A DNA stretch of 64,000 bases, from NCBI GenBank assembly GCA_003971905.1, contig RSEE01000024.1, positions 620,001 to 684,000 on the forward strand. Reading direction: 5' to 3'. A program made the translations under genes and the position numbers. Every line of letters starts with the position of its first letter. Within the stretch, counting starts at the first letter, position 1. Positions 13,269-24,857 of this stretch are shown here, piece after piece. Source of the stretch: Moniliella sp. 'wahieum'. Lineage: Eukaryota. The notes under the pieces are model-generated. The model was not told where the DNA came from, made no database searches, and was given only the letters and a program-made list of their open reading frames with translations.

Positions 13269-14417
13269 TTATTTGGCTACCGATTTGTGCTGCTCGGCAT
13301 GCTTCACGATCCAGCTGGAGGGGTGCAAATAAGAGTTTAGTATCATATGATCAAGGGGAGCGTTCATCACGTACTCAGTCACAATGTTGGCGGCCTTGAT
13401 GCGTTCCTCCATGTCCTCTTGCAACGGCTCATGACGATGATTCTTGAACGTAACGAGCGTCTTGTCGTCCGCCTGCACCTTCTTCTCAAACTCGACTGAT
13501 CCGGCATATGACACCACCGGGTCCTGGTCTCCATGAATAAGGAGCAAGGGAAGGTGTGCAGGATAGTTTTTGTACTTGTCGTTAAGCAAGTCCATCCCGT
13601 TGAGCAGCGGTCCGGCGATCGCCCGCAAAAAGACCTTCTTTTCCATGTAAGGGTTTTTGCGCGCATCCTCCTGAATAACCGGGTCGGAGCTTAGGTCTTC
13701 GGGTGCGATAGGGTTGACCCAAGGCATGTTGGGGAAAATCTTGAGCACACCCCGGGCCAGCGTCTGGACAATCCCAGGAGGAGGGCTGGTCAATTTGAGC
13801 CACGGCGCCGAGCCAATCACGCCAGCCAGGCCTTCTGTCGTGGTGGGCGGAAGATACGGGGAGTCGGCAGGACGCGTGACCGAGCTCAAGGCCAGCTGAC
13901 CTCCCATGCTGTGGCCCATGATGAAAAAGGGTACAACTCCCGGACCATACTTGTCATCCATGCGCTTGCGCTCGGCAAGGATGACCTGATTCAGGTCTTG
14001 CAACAGCAGTTCGAGCGTCGTGTTCGAGTGGGTGTCCTTTTTCCATTCACCAGTCATGCCTTTCTCAGCGGTGACACCATAACCGCGCTGGTCGTAACTG
14101 GTAACATAGATGCCCTTATCAGCAAAGACGGGTACGATGTGGTCGTAGCGGTAAATGTTCTCATTAAACCCGTGCTGGACGAAACGAAATCAAAGGATGA
14201 GTACCACCGCCGCTTGTAAAGAGTAGGAAGTAAGGAAGCAGCGTACAATGAGCACCAGCGCGGCTACGGGAGGCTTGCCCTCTGCGACCAGGGACGGCAC
14301 CCAGTGCTTGGTGAAGAGTTTGACCTCAGGATGGGTGGAGGTGGTGACAAACTCGTCCTCCGTGGTGCAAGGATTGGTAACAGGGGCGAAGGGGACGTCG
14401 GTGTTTGCGCTGCTCAT
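13269..14417 (-). CDS. Alpha/beta hydrolase, monoglyceride lipase/lysophospholipase (Yju3-like); introns 14175-14246 and 13315-13374; frameshifts near 14060-14130
   Basis: VLI|HGFNE oxyanion segment, YDQRGYG, nucleophile GHSMGG, LLIHGDQDPV, RHEP. Confidence 0.9.
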
Positions 14418-14589
14418 GGTGGGGGGGGGGATGGAGAGAGAGGTGGTAGGCAAGAAGCTAGACGCGCGTGCGCGGTTGGACAGCAGTGCGTGCATTCACA
14501 TGATCCGCATCCGGATCCATCCCATCGTCTGTTCCGAGTGGGGCGCCCGGCGGGCGATGTGGCATGTGGCGGCGGGGGCGACGGTGTCC

Positions 14590-14690
14590 GATCATCGATC
14601 ATCATCCATTGTTTCCGCCATTGAAATGTTGATCATCAATCGAGCGATCCGAACAATCATCGATTCTCGCCCATCGATCATCGGTCATCG
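14590..14690. repeat. TCA-TCGA heptamer cluster in the divergent promoter between the lipase and F-box copy 2
   Basis: GA-TCA-TCGA-TCA-TC at 14590-14603 and degenerate units at 14653-14690. Confidence 0.85.
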
Positions 14691-17473
14691 GCCATCCAGC
14701 CCGCCGAGTGGCTTGGCTATTACATGCAAATTGATTGCACCCCCTTGTAATCCCACCCCCCTGGGGGAAACATGCCAGCGTGGCATGCACTGTGTTCCGC
14801 CCAGCGCAGTCCCGCCCCGCCTTACTTGGGATTTTGGCTGCTGGTGGTGTATGTACCACACGGCTGCCCATCGCATTTACCTTCGATTTGGCGCGCCTGT
14901 CGCCCTCACCCTGGTATCCTGCCTCCCCCTCTCCTCCGCCTCCATCCACTCATCCATCGCTAGCATATCCTCCCTCCGCCAGCATTCCTCCCGACGGCCA
15001 CATGCGCCAATTGCCTGTTCTCCCTCGTTCCTTTTTTCCCCTGCCCCCGGGGAGAAGGAGGTGCGGGGCTTGGCTATCGCCCCTCCACGCCCTACCCTCG
15101 TGTCCCTACCGGTCGAAATCCTTTACCACATCGCATCCTCTGGGGTTCTCGCTCCTGCGGATGTGGTCCGCCTCTCACAGACAAACAAAGGTGGGTATTT
15201 CCAAAAGCTCTCTTCGGAGAGAGTACCAATCAAGCTGACTTAGGGGTTCTTTTGTTGCCAGCATTGCGCCACGCGCTAATGAATGACTACGTTTGGCATG
15301 CTCTAGCTCTGCGCACCGGCCTTGTTCCATCCTTGGAAATGGAGCTGGAAGCGGCCAGTATTCGCGCCGATGTTTGCCCCCTTCCCAGATCATGGTACGC
15401 TTTTGTCGTGTACTTTGACATGATCGAATGGCACTTTGGCTGGAACCTTTTGGGCGAATGCGTGCCTCCTCGAGAACGCCCCATTCGCCCTCGGGAACAC
15501 CCCAATTCCCCTCAGGAACGCACCAAGCGCCGTGCCATTTCGGAGGTTGATCGACCCGCTCAACTACAGTCCATCAAACCCATTGTTTGGGGACAGTGTT
15601 TGCGATATCGTTCCCCACTCTTTATCACAGCGGATGATCGAACCTTCTTTGGTTATTCCAACTCAGACGAAGCAGAAGACTTTACCGTTGTAGGCGTAGA
15701 CTGAGAGACGGGCCGGACAACCTGGCTCAATACCTGCCCACCGGATGAAGGTGATTGGGTTGACGCGTGGGCGCGCAATATGGTCAAGACTTGGGGATGG
15801 CAAGTTGTGGTCTTCCGAGGTAAGCACCCTCTTCAATTCCAAAATTTGATGCTAGCCGGTTACCTACCTCCCATTTCTCATGACAGGGCAAAGCAAAGAC
15901 GAAAGATATCGGGACAAAATGTGGGCCATGGTGTATCGCGTCGGTTTGGATGACGGATCGATCCACTTTGAGTGCAAAATAGATGTTTACGACACGGACA
16001 CTGACACCAGCTGGATTGTTCCAAAAGACGCTTTCTTCGAAGTGCTTACACCCGCCATTAATGGTCACAGCCTCTTCATTGCGTACGTTTCATGTTAACA
16101 TATATGTGTGGCCGTGCTGGCTTCTTATACCAAAGGGATGCATCGTACAAAGTGTACACATTCGACATCCTCACTCGACAGAAGACGAATGAGTTCTCTT
16201 TCACCAAGTGGATCAAGTTTTCAAACTACGAGTATGATCGTTATCCGTTCTGCAGTTCGAGGAGTTTTGCTAACAACCAGTGTGCAACTTGCAGCGGCTT
16301 TATCGACGTGCAAGCTGCTGGCGATGACCAGTATATTTTCCTCCTCGCGGGAGCAGGCAATCTCCTGGCGATTGACCGCCAAACCAATGAAAAAGTATGG
16401 TCATTTGAGGACATGCTTGGCGATCCGCCCATGTACGGCCTTAATCACCCGGACCAAATTGCCGCCTTCTCCCTCCAGCCATCGACCCCTCTGGAGCCTA
16501 CCCCTTCCTTACAACCGCTTCCTGTATGTGCATTTCTGCCACCAGCACATGCACACAGTTTGACTGACACGATCTCTCGCAGAGGGATCCGACCTGCATG
16601 TCATTCCATCCGCTTGGCACAGCATGGCTGAGCACGCTGAAGATCTTTGTTGATTCGTTCACCAAGTCGCTCATCATTTCCTCCGGCTCTATTCGTTCGT
16701 CCGATTTCCACATCTGGATTCTCAAGAACTACAAGTCGGTGTTAAGGCGCGGCTCGGCCAATGAAGCATGGCTTGCAGGAATATGGGAATTTCATGAACG
16801 AGCCCGACCGCTTTGGTTTGGTGCAACCTCGAATGGGAGGATGTTTGCGCCTTACCTTATTCCCGGTTGGTCCTATACCGTAAGAACAAACCAGAGGGTT
16901 GTAGCCCATCAGGGAAAATGGCACGGGTCTTTCGCGCGTTATGTTCCCGATTTCGTGCCGTATGAGAAGTTCAAGGAGTGGGGATCCTTGTCCCCGCATG
17001 TTCTGGATTGGCGACATGCTCGTTCGCCTTACGAGATGCGAATTGTCGCTTTACAAGCCGGGCCTATTCCTGCACAGACGGGCCAAGTACTCACCGCTGG
17101 GTTGCTCTACCCGAACGAGATGTTCAGAGAAACAGCAAGCGCCACTTTGGCTCGTCTCGGGCAAGGCGCAGGCTATATGCAGACCCAACGGATGCCCCCC
17201 TTTCTCTCGCCTCGGGGCGCCTTCCTGTTTGTGCCGAGCCAAGCGCAATGGTTCCCTGCCACCAACGATCCCCATGAGGCGCTCCAGATGCGCTGGGACT
17301 GGGGGCAGGCTGCGGTGGAGTGGCTACGCAATCGCCAGCAATAATGGATCGGTGTTCCGTCGTCGTATATATGCCCCCAAGACACTGTAGTCTGCCAGGC
17401 GAAGGTGGTCTGTGTGTGTACGAAAAATGATTAATGACGGCCCTGACACTGGCTCTTCCTTTTGCTAGCTGCT
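14646..17473 (+). repeat. Inverted duplicate (copy 2) of 2223-5118
   Basis: Same alignment as copy 1. Confidence 0.95.
15002..17344 (+). pseudogene. F-box protein with PQQ-like beta-propeller repeats, copy 2; introns 15191-15261 and 15820-15886; in-frame TGA at 15702-15704 and frameshift near 16096; start uncertain
   Basis: Splicing gives a complete F-box LVSLPVEILYHIASSGVLAPADVVRLSQTNK|ALRHALMNDYVW. Propeller-like motifs VVGVD*ETGRTTW, YRVGLDDGSIHF, LLAIDRQTNEKVWSF. Confidence 0.75.
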
Positions 17474-17661
17474 CCTGGAGAAGGTGGCCTGTGCGCCGCA
17501 TGAACAATTGAAATGGGGGGCGGGGGCACACTGGCCGTGTGGCTGCGCCACGCGCCCTTGCTGTCCGCAACCCGCCCCGCCAGCCCAGCCCAGCCGCGCC
17601 GCCGCCAACTGCTTCGCTCGGCCTCCTGTGTCTCGTGCGTCGGGGCGCTTTGAGTCTGCCC

Positions 17662-19474
17662 ATGTCCACCCCCGGCGCTGTTTCTGCGCACAGCATGCCC
17701 GCCCCGCCCGCCAGTCTGTCCTTTCCCCAGTGGCCCGACGCGTCGAGGATGGTGTACTGACTGCGACGATCCATCTCTGTTGCCCTGTTACTTGCAGACG
17801 TGCACGGCATTCCCGACCCCGACGCACGCCAGGCGGCGCTGCGGGTGCAGATTGAACAGGCCCAGCTGGCGTCGCAGGCCCAGGCGCCTCCCTCGCAGCT
17901 CCAGCACCCTCTCATGCACGATGCTGCGCAAGCGCTTCAGGCCCAGCAGACCCAGTTGGCCATGGCCGAGGCCAGTCTCGAAGACCGGACCAGGCAAACG
18001 GATGATGGCGTGGGACAAGCTGTCGCATCGCCCTCCTCCCAGGGGAAGGACGATGATTACGTTTATTTTAAGCGCCGTCTCGAAGGTATCAGCAAGGGCA
18101 CCATTGAAGCGGCCACAGGGGCGAAGCTCAAGCTGGAGCACTACTACAAGATTGCTGTGGCTCAGGCAATTGAGCGGGCTGGGCGGGGTGGAGCTGGAGA
18201 AGCGACTGCTGGCCGCTGGTCCTTCCTTGTCCGAAGATCGTAAGGAGCGGCAGCTGACCCAGCTGGGCCGTCGCGAGTCGAACTTTTTGCGCTTGCGGCG
18301 CACCCGGCTTGGACTAGAGGATTTCCGGACGGTCAAGGTGATTGGAAAGGGTGCGTTTGGAGAGGTGCGCTTGGTTCAAAAGACTGATACGGGTAAGATT
18401 TATGCAATGAAGACGCTGCGGAAAAGCGAGATGTTCAAGAAAGACCAGCTGGCTCATGTGCGGGCGGAGCGAGATGTGCTCGCCGAGTCCAACTCGCCGT
18501 GGGTGGTGCAGCTTTACTACTCATTCCAGGATCCCCACTACCTTTACCTCCTCATGGAGTTTCTCCCGGGTGGAGATCTGATGACGATGCTCATCAAATA
18601 CGATACTTTTTCAGACGACGTTACTCGCTTTTATATGGGCGAGTGCGTGCTTGCCCTCGAGGCCATTCATTCGCTCGGCTTCATCCACCGCGACATCAAA
18701 CCCGACAATATCCTTATTGATGCCAAGGGCCACGTCAAACTCTCCGACTTTGGTCTTTCGACTGGCTTTTACAAGCAGCATGACTCGGCCTACTACCAAA
18801 AGCTACTCGAGGGCAACACGGCACGTGGTGCGGTGGCCCAACAGGCGCACCGGGACCAGGCTGGGCGCAACTCGGTTGCCGTTAATCCGATTACGCTTAC
18901 TCTCAGCTCGAAGGACACGATTGCCACCTGGAAAGCCAACCGACGCAAGTTGGCCTACTCTACTGTCGGCACGCCTGACTACATTGCACCCGAAATTTTC
19001 CAGCAGCAGGGCTACTCGTCAGAGTGTGACTGGTGGTCCTTGGGTGCCATCATGTTTGAGTGTCTGTGTGGCTACCCTCCCTTTTGCTCAGAGAACGCGC
19101 ACGACACGTACCGCAAGATTCTCGCCTGGCGAGACACACTTGCCTTTCCTGAGGATATCCATCTCTCTCCCGAGGCTGAACACATGATCCGCTCTCTTAT
19201 CCGCGAGCCGGAAAACCGACTGGGCCGGCATGGTGGGGCCCAGGAGCTGAAGGATCACCCCTTCTTTGCTGGTGTTGACTTTTCTACCATTCGCCAGATT
19301 GATGCACCCTTCATCCCTTCCCTGCGGAGTGTCACCGACACGTCCTACTTCCCCACTGAGGATCTCAATGAGGTGCCTGACCTACCCCCTGCTGCTGAAC
19401 ATGGCAAGCAATCGGACCTGCCCTTCTTGGGCTACACATTCCGTCGTTTTTCAACCAACGAGGAGGCTCTTTGA
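17662..19474 (+). CDS. CBK1: NDR/LATS-family AGC kinase (Cbk1/Cot1/Orb6/Ukc1); probable intron 17714-17797; frameshift near 18185
   Basis: [62 protein letters not shown], hydrophobic motif FLGYTF. Start codon inferred from a phase-compatible intron. Confidence 0.95.
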
Positions 19475-20289
19475 GCAGCTGCTGCCCTGACTGGATGGAC
19501 ATGAACGCATCTCTTGCGTCCTGCATTGGCTACCGTTACCCTTTCTTCCTCCGGCAACCCCCTCCCCCCTCTTATTGAATTGCCCTGTCTCTTCCATCTC
19601 AAATTTCATCTGCACGGTCAACAAGAACTCGAAGCCATTACGGAGCTTCACATTTGGCAATCACGTTAATCACGGTTGCTGGCTGCAAATATAAGATCCG
19701 GGTTGTCGTAGTAAGCAGCGTGCGTATATGGGCACCGACGGAAAGTATTCCAGTCTAGTGTCTGGAGCTAGGCCATACTTGTGTCAGAACGAGAAGCCCC
19801 AGACCTGGGCTTGATCGCTTAGCCTCTCAGGTACGCCCTGCCCGCAGGCACGCCCTACTGCTCGTGGAGGCTTGTTCAGAGCGACCAATAAGCTGAGACG
19901 GACGCCAAGATCATCGATCTACTGAGTAGCTCAGCCGCGCCCAGGCTGAGTCTCAGCATGGCCGTGGCAGTTGTTTTGGCCGACTTGTGGTTCCGTGGGG
20001 CGGGAATGATTAATGACTCTTGAGCTGAGCAGGACTGGACGCTTCGATCGCGCCGAAGAGTGTCTGGTCGACGAGGGGCCACCCCAGCAAGCCAAATGGG
20101 ATTGGTGCGCCCCATGCGCCCTATGACGCAAACGAGCCTATGACACTGGCGCCATGCCGGGATATAATCCTGGAACGGATGTCCTGGGCCCTTCCAAACA
20201 ATACCTCCCCTCCCACTACCCCCACTTTTTGCTTCGTCTCCATAACCACCTCCATCTTGGGACCCATTCCTCCCTTCCCGTTCTTCTCC

Positions 20290-22071
20290 ATGTCTATCGC
20301 TGCCACACAGCCACCCGCGCCGGCGGCAACCGCCATCCCCACCGGCAGCGCCGCCCCCCGTCCTTCCAGCACCTTGCCTGCCCATGCCCTCTCCACCCTT
20401 CCTCTGCACCGCTTTGCTTCTTCCGTTGCCTCTGCTTCTGTTCCCGCCGCCTCTGCACCCTCTCGCACATCCACTCCCAAGTCCATGCACCACTCTCCCC
20501 TCCCCCAATACCATTCATCCGTGCCTCCGCGCCAATATCAAGAACCCTCTTCTGCATCCGTCGGCCCTCCCTCCCTGTCCCAGCCACTCTATCCTTCCGC
20601 CCCCTCCATCTCACTCCCTGAGGTTCCCGTCATTCCTTCCCTTCCCGAGCGAGAGAGCAGTACTACACGCCTCTCCCTCCGCCATTCCCACAGCGTCACT
20701 ACTATTCGCACGCCCCCCAATCCCTCTCCTCGGGCATCCCGCCGACCCCTCTCCATGGCGGGTGCGGATCAGGATGCCGCCCAGGTCATGTCCCGCCCTC
20801 GCACTGCCCCATTTCGCGTAGGTGTGGTCGAGGACCCCAACAAACGCTGGCGTCGCACCATGGAGGATTCACATACATTTGTTTATGACTTTGGCGGTGT
20901 TCAGGGTCAAGGCTTCTTTGGCATATATGATGGCCATGCGGGAAAAGCTTCGGCTGAGTGGTGTGGCAAGTACCTCTATCAGGTATGTACTCTGTCCCTT
21001 CCCTTTGTCTGAAACTGACGTGTCTTGGGCAAGTAGTACCTGCGTGAGCATCTCATTCGCTATGGAAACGAACCGGTTCCCGATATCCTCAACAATACCT
21101 TCCAAAGCGCGGACCTAGCACTGGGCGAAATAGCAAAAGAAACTCGGACCTCGTCGGGATGTACCGCAGTGACCTGCTACTTGCGGTTGGAAGATGCTCA
21201 GGGGGTCCCTCTAGCCGGGTCTGGTTCAGGAGGGATCATGCATGGCGAAGCGGGGGCGTTGGGCCAAGCCTTCATTGGAGGTGCCTCAGTCCCCCCTCAT
21301 ATTGAGGGATTCTCTACTGTGGCTGTTCTGCGTACCAATCCCGACCCCCTGACCATCTCCCCTGTTTCAGAGGTGGAAACAATGCCCGAACCTAAAAATC
21401 AGCACAAGGGTCTTCTGAATTCGCTTGCTCGTCGCGCTGGATTGCCTCACCTACACCGCCGCTCTGGGTCTGTCAATAGAGCCTCGGGCGAGAACCGCCC
21501 TTCATCGCCGGACACACCCGCCGCCTCGGGCTTGCCCCACCATTCGCCCGATCGGACGCCAGTCCATCTGCTGGACCCGCTTGTGGCTGCAATCCCCTAT
21601 CGGCGAGTGCTCTACACGGCCAATGTGGGGGATGCCCGCGCCGTCCTCTGTCGCGGTGGGAGGGCAGTACGTCTGACGTACGACCACAAGGGTTCGGACC
21701 TCCAGGAGGCGATGCGAATCCAGGAGGCAGGAGGGTTCGTGATGAACGATCGTGTCAACGGTGTCCTGGCAGTGACTCGCTCTTTGGGGGATAACAGTAT
21801 GAAAGAATTCGTTGTGGGCAATCCCTACACCACGGAGACGACTCTGGACGAAGAAGACGCCTTCCTAATCGTTTCTTGCGATGGGCTGTGGGACGTGACG
21901 TCGGATCAAGAAGCAGTGGACCTGATTCGGAACGTGGACGATGCCCAAGAAGCGGCTCGGATTTTGCTAGATCACGCCCTTTCCAACGGCTCCACTGACA
22001 ATACTTCTGTCATGGTTATCCGCTTCAACGCCAAACCCGATACAGGCTTTGCATCACGAATCATTTCGTGA
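20290..22071 (+). CDS. PTC1: PP2C protein phosphatase, Ptc1-like; intron 20983-21036
   Basis: [66 protein letters not shown]. The intron joins the two ORFs in frame. Confidence 0.92.
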
Positions 22072-23406
22072 TCGTTGTTTTTCCCGACATTGTGGGAACT
22101 GTTGGTAAATGACGTGTACTAGTATGCTCGCCACTTTCCCCGTTATCTCTATAGTACTCTTCTATCTTGTGTCTGTGCCGGGTTGTCTTCCGACCCGGCC
22201 TTTTCCCTCTCGACTGAAGTTTGTCTTCCCAGAGAGGCAGTTCATCTTTCGCTATCATCCTACGACCGACGCTGTTCCTTTCTGCTCTATCAAGTTGAAT
22301 TAAGATCTCTATTGGCTATACTTAACGAGTGCCATTCTGGTTTCGAGGGACCATCGACACAACCCAGGAGGCAATAAGTGCAGCGTATGAGCTCGCAGCT
22401 TGTGTGGGGGGGGGGGCACATCCTTCCTGCTTTCGGAACGACCATGCTAATTTGTGCTCAAGAACAACGACCCCGGCTTGCCTGTGAGCGATGGATTGTT
22501 GTCAGAATCACACCGTGCTAGGGGGCCCTTGCCCACTAGGCCCGTATGGGCACTATGGCGTGATTCCTATCAGTTGGGAGATCCTGTGTCCACCTCTCGA
22601 CTGTGCCCCCTTCCTGAGGAGGACATATACCTCCTCTGCGTCCATAGATGTATGCAATCCATCTGCACCCTTTCCCCCATCTCCGTCTCCTGACAATTGT
22701 CATTGAGAACGAATGCGGCCCGCTGTTTGCCAGGGCTCATTTAATGACTCGCTGCTCTGCCCGAACCGGCGTGGACATGAACCGACTCCGCACCTCGCTT
22801 GTGTTGGGCGCTTCGGTTGCAGGGGAATGTTTCCCTCAACTTAGGCCAACTCCCGTATTTGGGGTCTGCTCAACGCCAAACACTCCACCACTGTCTCGGA
22901 CCGTGAACAAGTAAGTCTTAGAATGACCACTTCGGAAAGAGAGACACAATGGGTTGTCAAAACGGTTGACTACAGGTGCGACCCCATCCTCGCGTGTGCA
23001 ATCAGGCGCTGATTTGCTGTTGTGCTGACCAGATTGCGGCGATGGTTCAAGGCACGTAAGGGAAGGACGTCGAACCTAAGCCTGCGCCCAAATCCAAACT
23101 GTATCCTTTAGGGAGCGCTACCCTGCTACCGTTTTCTACCATGTATAGTTGACTACGAATTTCTTTCTGATCTTGTGAGCAGCATAAGTTTCGATACGCC
23201 TATCAGCGCATTGAGATACAAAATCGACGACGAGAAAGCGGACCAGAGATATTGCGCGAAGCCGAAGCCAGTGACGAGGGTAGGTCGCCAAAACAATCCA
23301 AAGCGGTGGGGAGAGTAGGAAGCGTAAGAACACCAAAGCCAGTGGAGAGGAGTGTAGGAGGCCAAAGGAGGCCGAACTCGTTGAGGGAGGGTACACATCA
23401 TGCAAC

Positions 23407-24445
23407 TCATGGGCGTGAATATTTCTTGGCCTTGTTCGACTTTGAATATTTCCCTTTCGGGCTGCCTTTCCTCTTGCCCTTGCCCTGTGTATCGGAGGCC
23501 AGAGTGTCCTCCACCCACTCTTGCACTGGTTGCCAGGTTGCCGATTGGAACAAGTCTTGTGTCTGCAAGCCTAACATCCCGAGAAGTCCTTGGTTATCTT
23601 GATTTGGTTCCGCTGAGGACTTTGTGGCAAACCTTGCCTGTGCGTTGGATCGGCTCCTCTTTCCGCTCGCGCTTTTCATCTCATCTGGCCGTGGAGATTG
23701 GAGGCGAGTGATAAACCTTATGATGGCCATCGTCATACTCGCCAGCTTCGCTTGGACATCCAAGGGCAGAGTGCGCACCATGCTTACCGCGTCTGTACTG
23801 AGGGATTTCCAAAGATCGGACGTGTCCATTGCACCTTGGTCTAACACAAACAAACAAAAAATAGTTCAGTACCAAATTGGTCGGTATAGTCTTCAAGCGT
23901 ACGGACCAGGGTAGACAGAAGGTGAAGCGAGGCGCTGACTTGATGGGTCGCTCACTGCAGGAAAAACCTACCTTTCGGCCGTCCCGACGACTTGACGGGC
24001 CAGCCTGGGAAACTGGGACCCATTTATCGGCCCTATTGTATACGCCGAAGGTCGATCGCCACCCTTTCGTCGGAGTCACCCCTGGGGAGGTAACCGCATC
24101 GGCTTGGCCCGAAAGGATGCTGTACACGGCTAGGGCGGCAAAGAGGAGGAAGGACCACTTGATTGCCCACCATGCCATCCTCATACTGGATCGAACCGTA
24201 GAGGAGACCATGCGCACTGCAATGTACATTGCCAGGAGGGTGGCGAAAGGGGGTAGCAGTGTCGTCTTCCATGACGAAGGGTCATTGTACACCCCCCAAA
24301 AGGTGGTGTAGATCAGGTTGCTGAACACGCCCAGGAGGTAGTACAGCTGCCTTCCCACGATCGCGCAGGCGGTCGTAGTGATGGATGCCAGGGTAGCAGC
24401 GGGGGAATTGGAGGCGAGGGGGGCGGCGGGGTCGGGCAAGGCCAT
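23407..24445 (-). CDS. Small membrane protein, Apq12-like (nuclear envelope); probable intron 23841-23971
   Basis: Two hydrophobic helices around a basic amphipathic linker (LLAMYIAVRMVSSTVRSSMRMAWWAIKWSFLLFAALAVY) and a basic C-terminus. Intron GTAGGT..TAG. Family assignment is by resemblance only. Confidence 0.55.
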
Positions 24446-24580
24446 GACCAGCAGTAAAATCAGAGGTGGCGTTGGTGGGGCTGGCTGGTGACGGCCAAAC
24501 ATCGCAAAGCAACGCAAAAGGAGAGATCCTGATAGGCCCACGTGACTTGCGTCTTCGTTTCATTTTCTACGCACTGCAAC

Positions 24581-24676
24581 GTTGAACGTTGAAGCGGCGC
24601 CAGTAAAGTTCAAAATGCAATGTGCCACATTTCGCAAGTACTAGAGTGACTAGCTAGTGACAGCTAGTGACTAGTG
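24581..24676. repeat. Heptamer units (GT-TGA-ACGT-TGA; TGA-CTAG repeats) in the divergent promoter of the Apq12-like gene and eEF1B-gamma
   Basis: Read directly from the sequence. Confidence 0.85.
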
Positions 24677-24857
24677 CAGCTTGAAACTTGCAGCGTGAAG
24701 ACGGCGGAATGGGACGCGCATTCCACAGTTCGCGCAGTAGGGGACAGGTGGCAGGACACTGTCGCCGTGCCGTCCTTTGTTCTGTACATGTCACACACGC
24801 GCCCTCACAATCTAAGACGACAGGTACGCTTCTGTCCCACCACCCCATCTGTACACC

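Noticed and set aside
14248..15243. 331-aa ORF as a real protein
   Set aside because: The 5' part is antisense to the lipase and crosses promoter heptamer DNA. Only the last ~60 codons before the intron belong to the F-box exon.
15702..15704. TGA recoded as Trp or Sec in F-box copy 2
   Set aside because: TGA is a normal stop in other genes here, the paralogue has TGG, and the copy has another lesion. A nonsense mutation is simpler.
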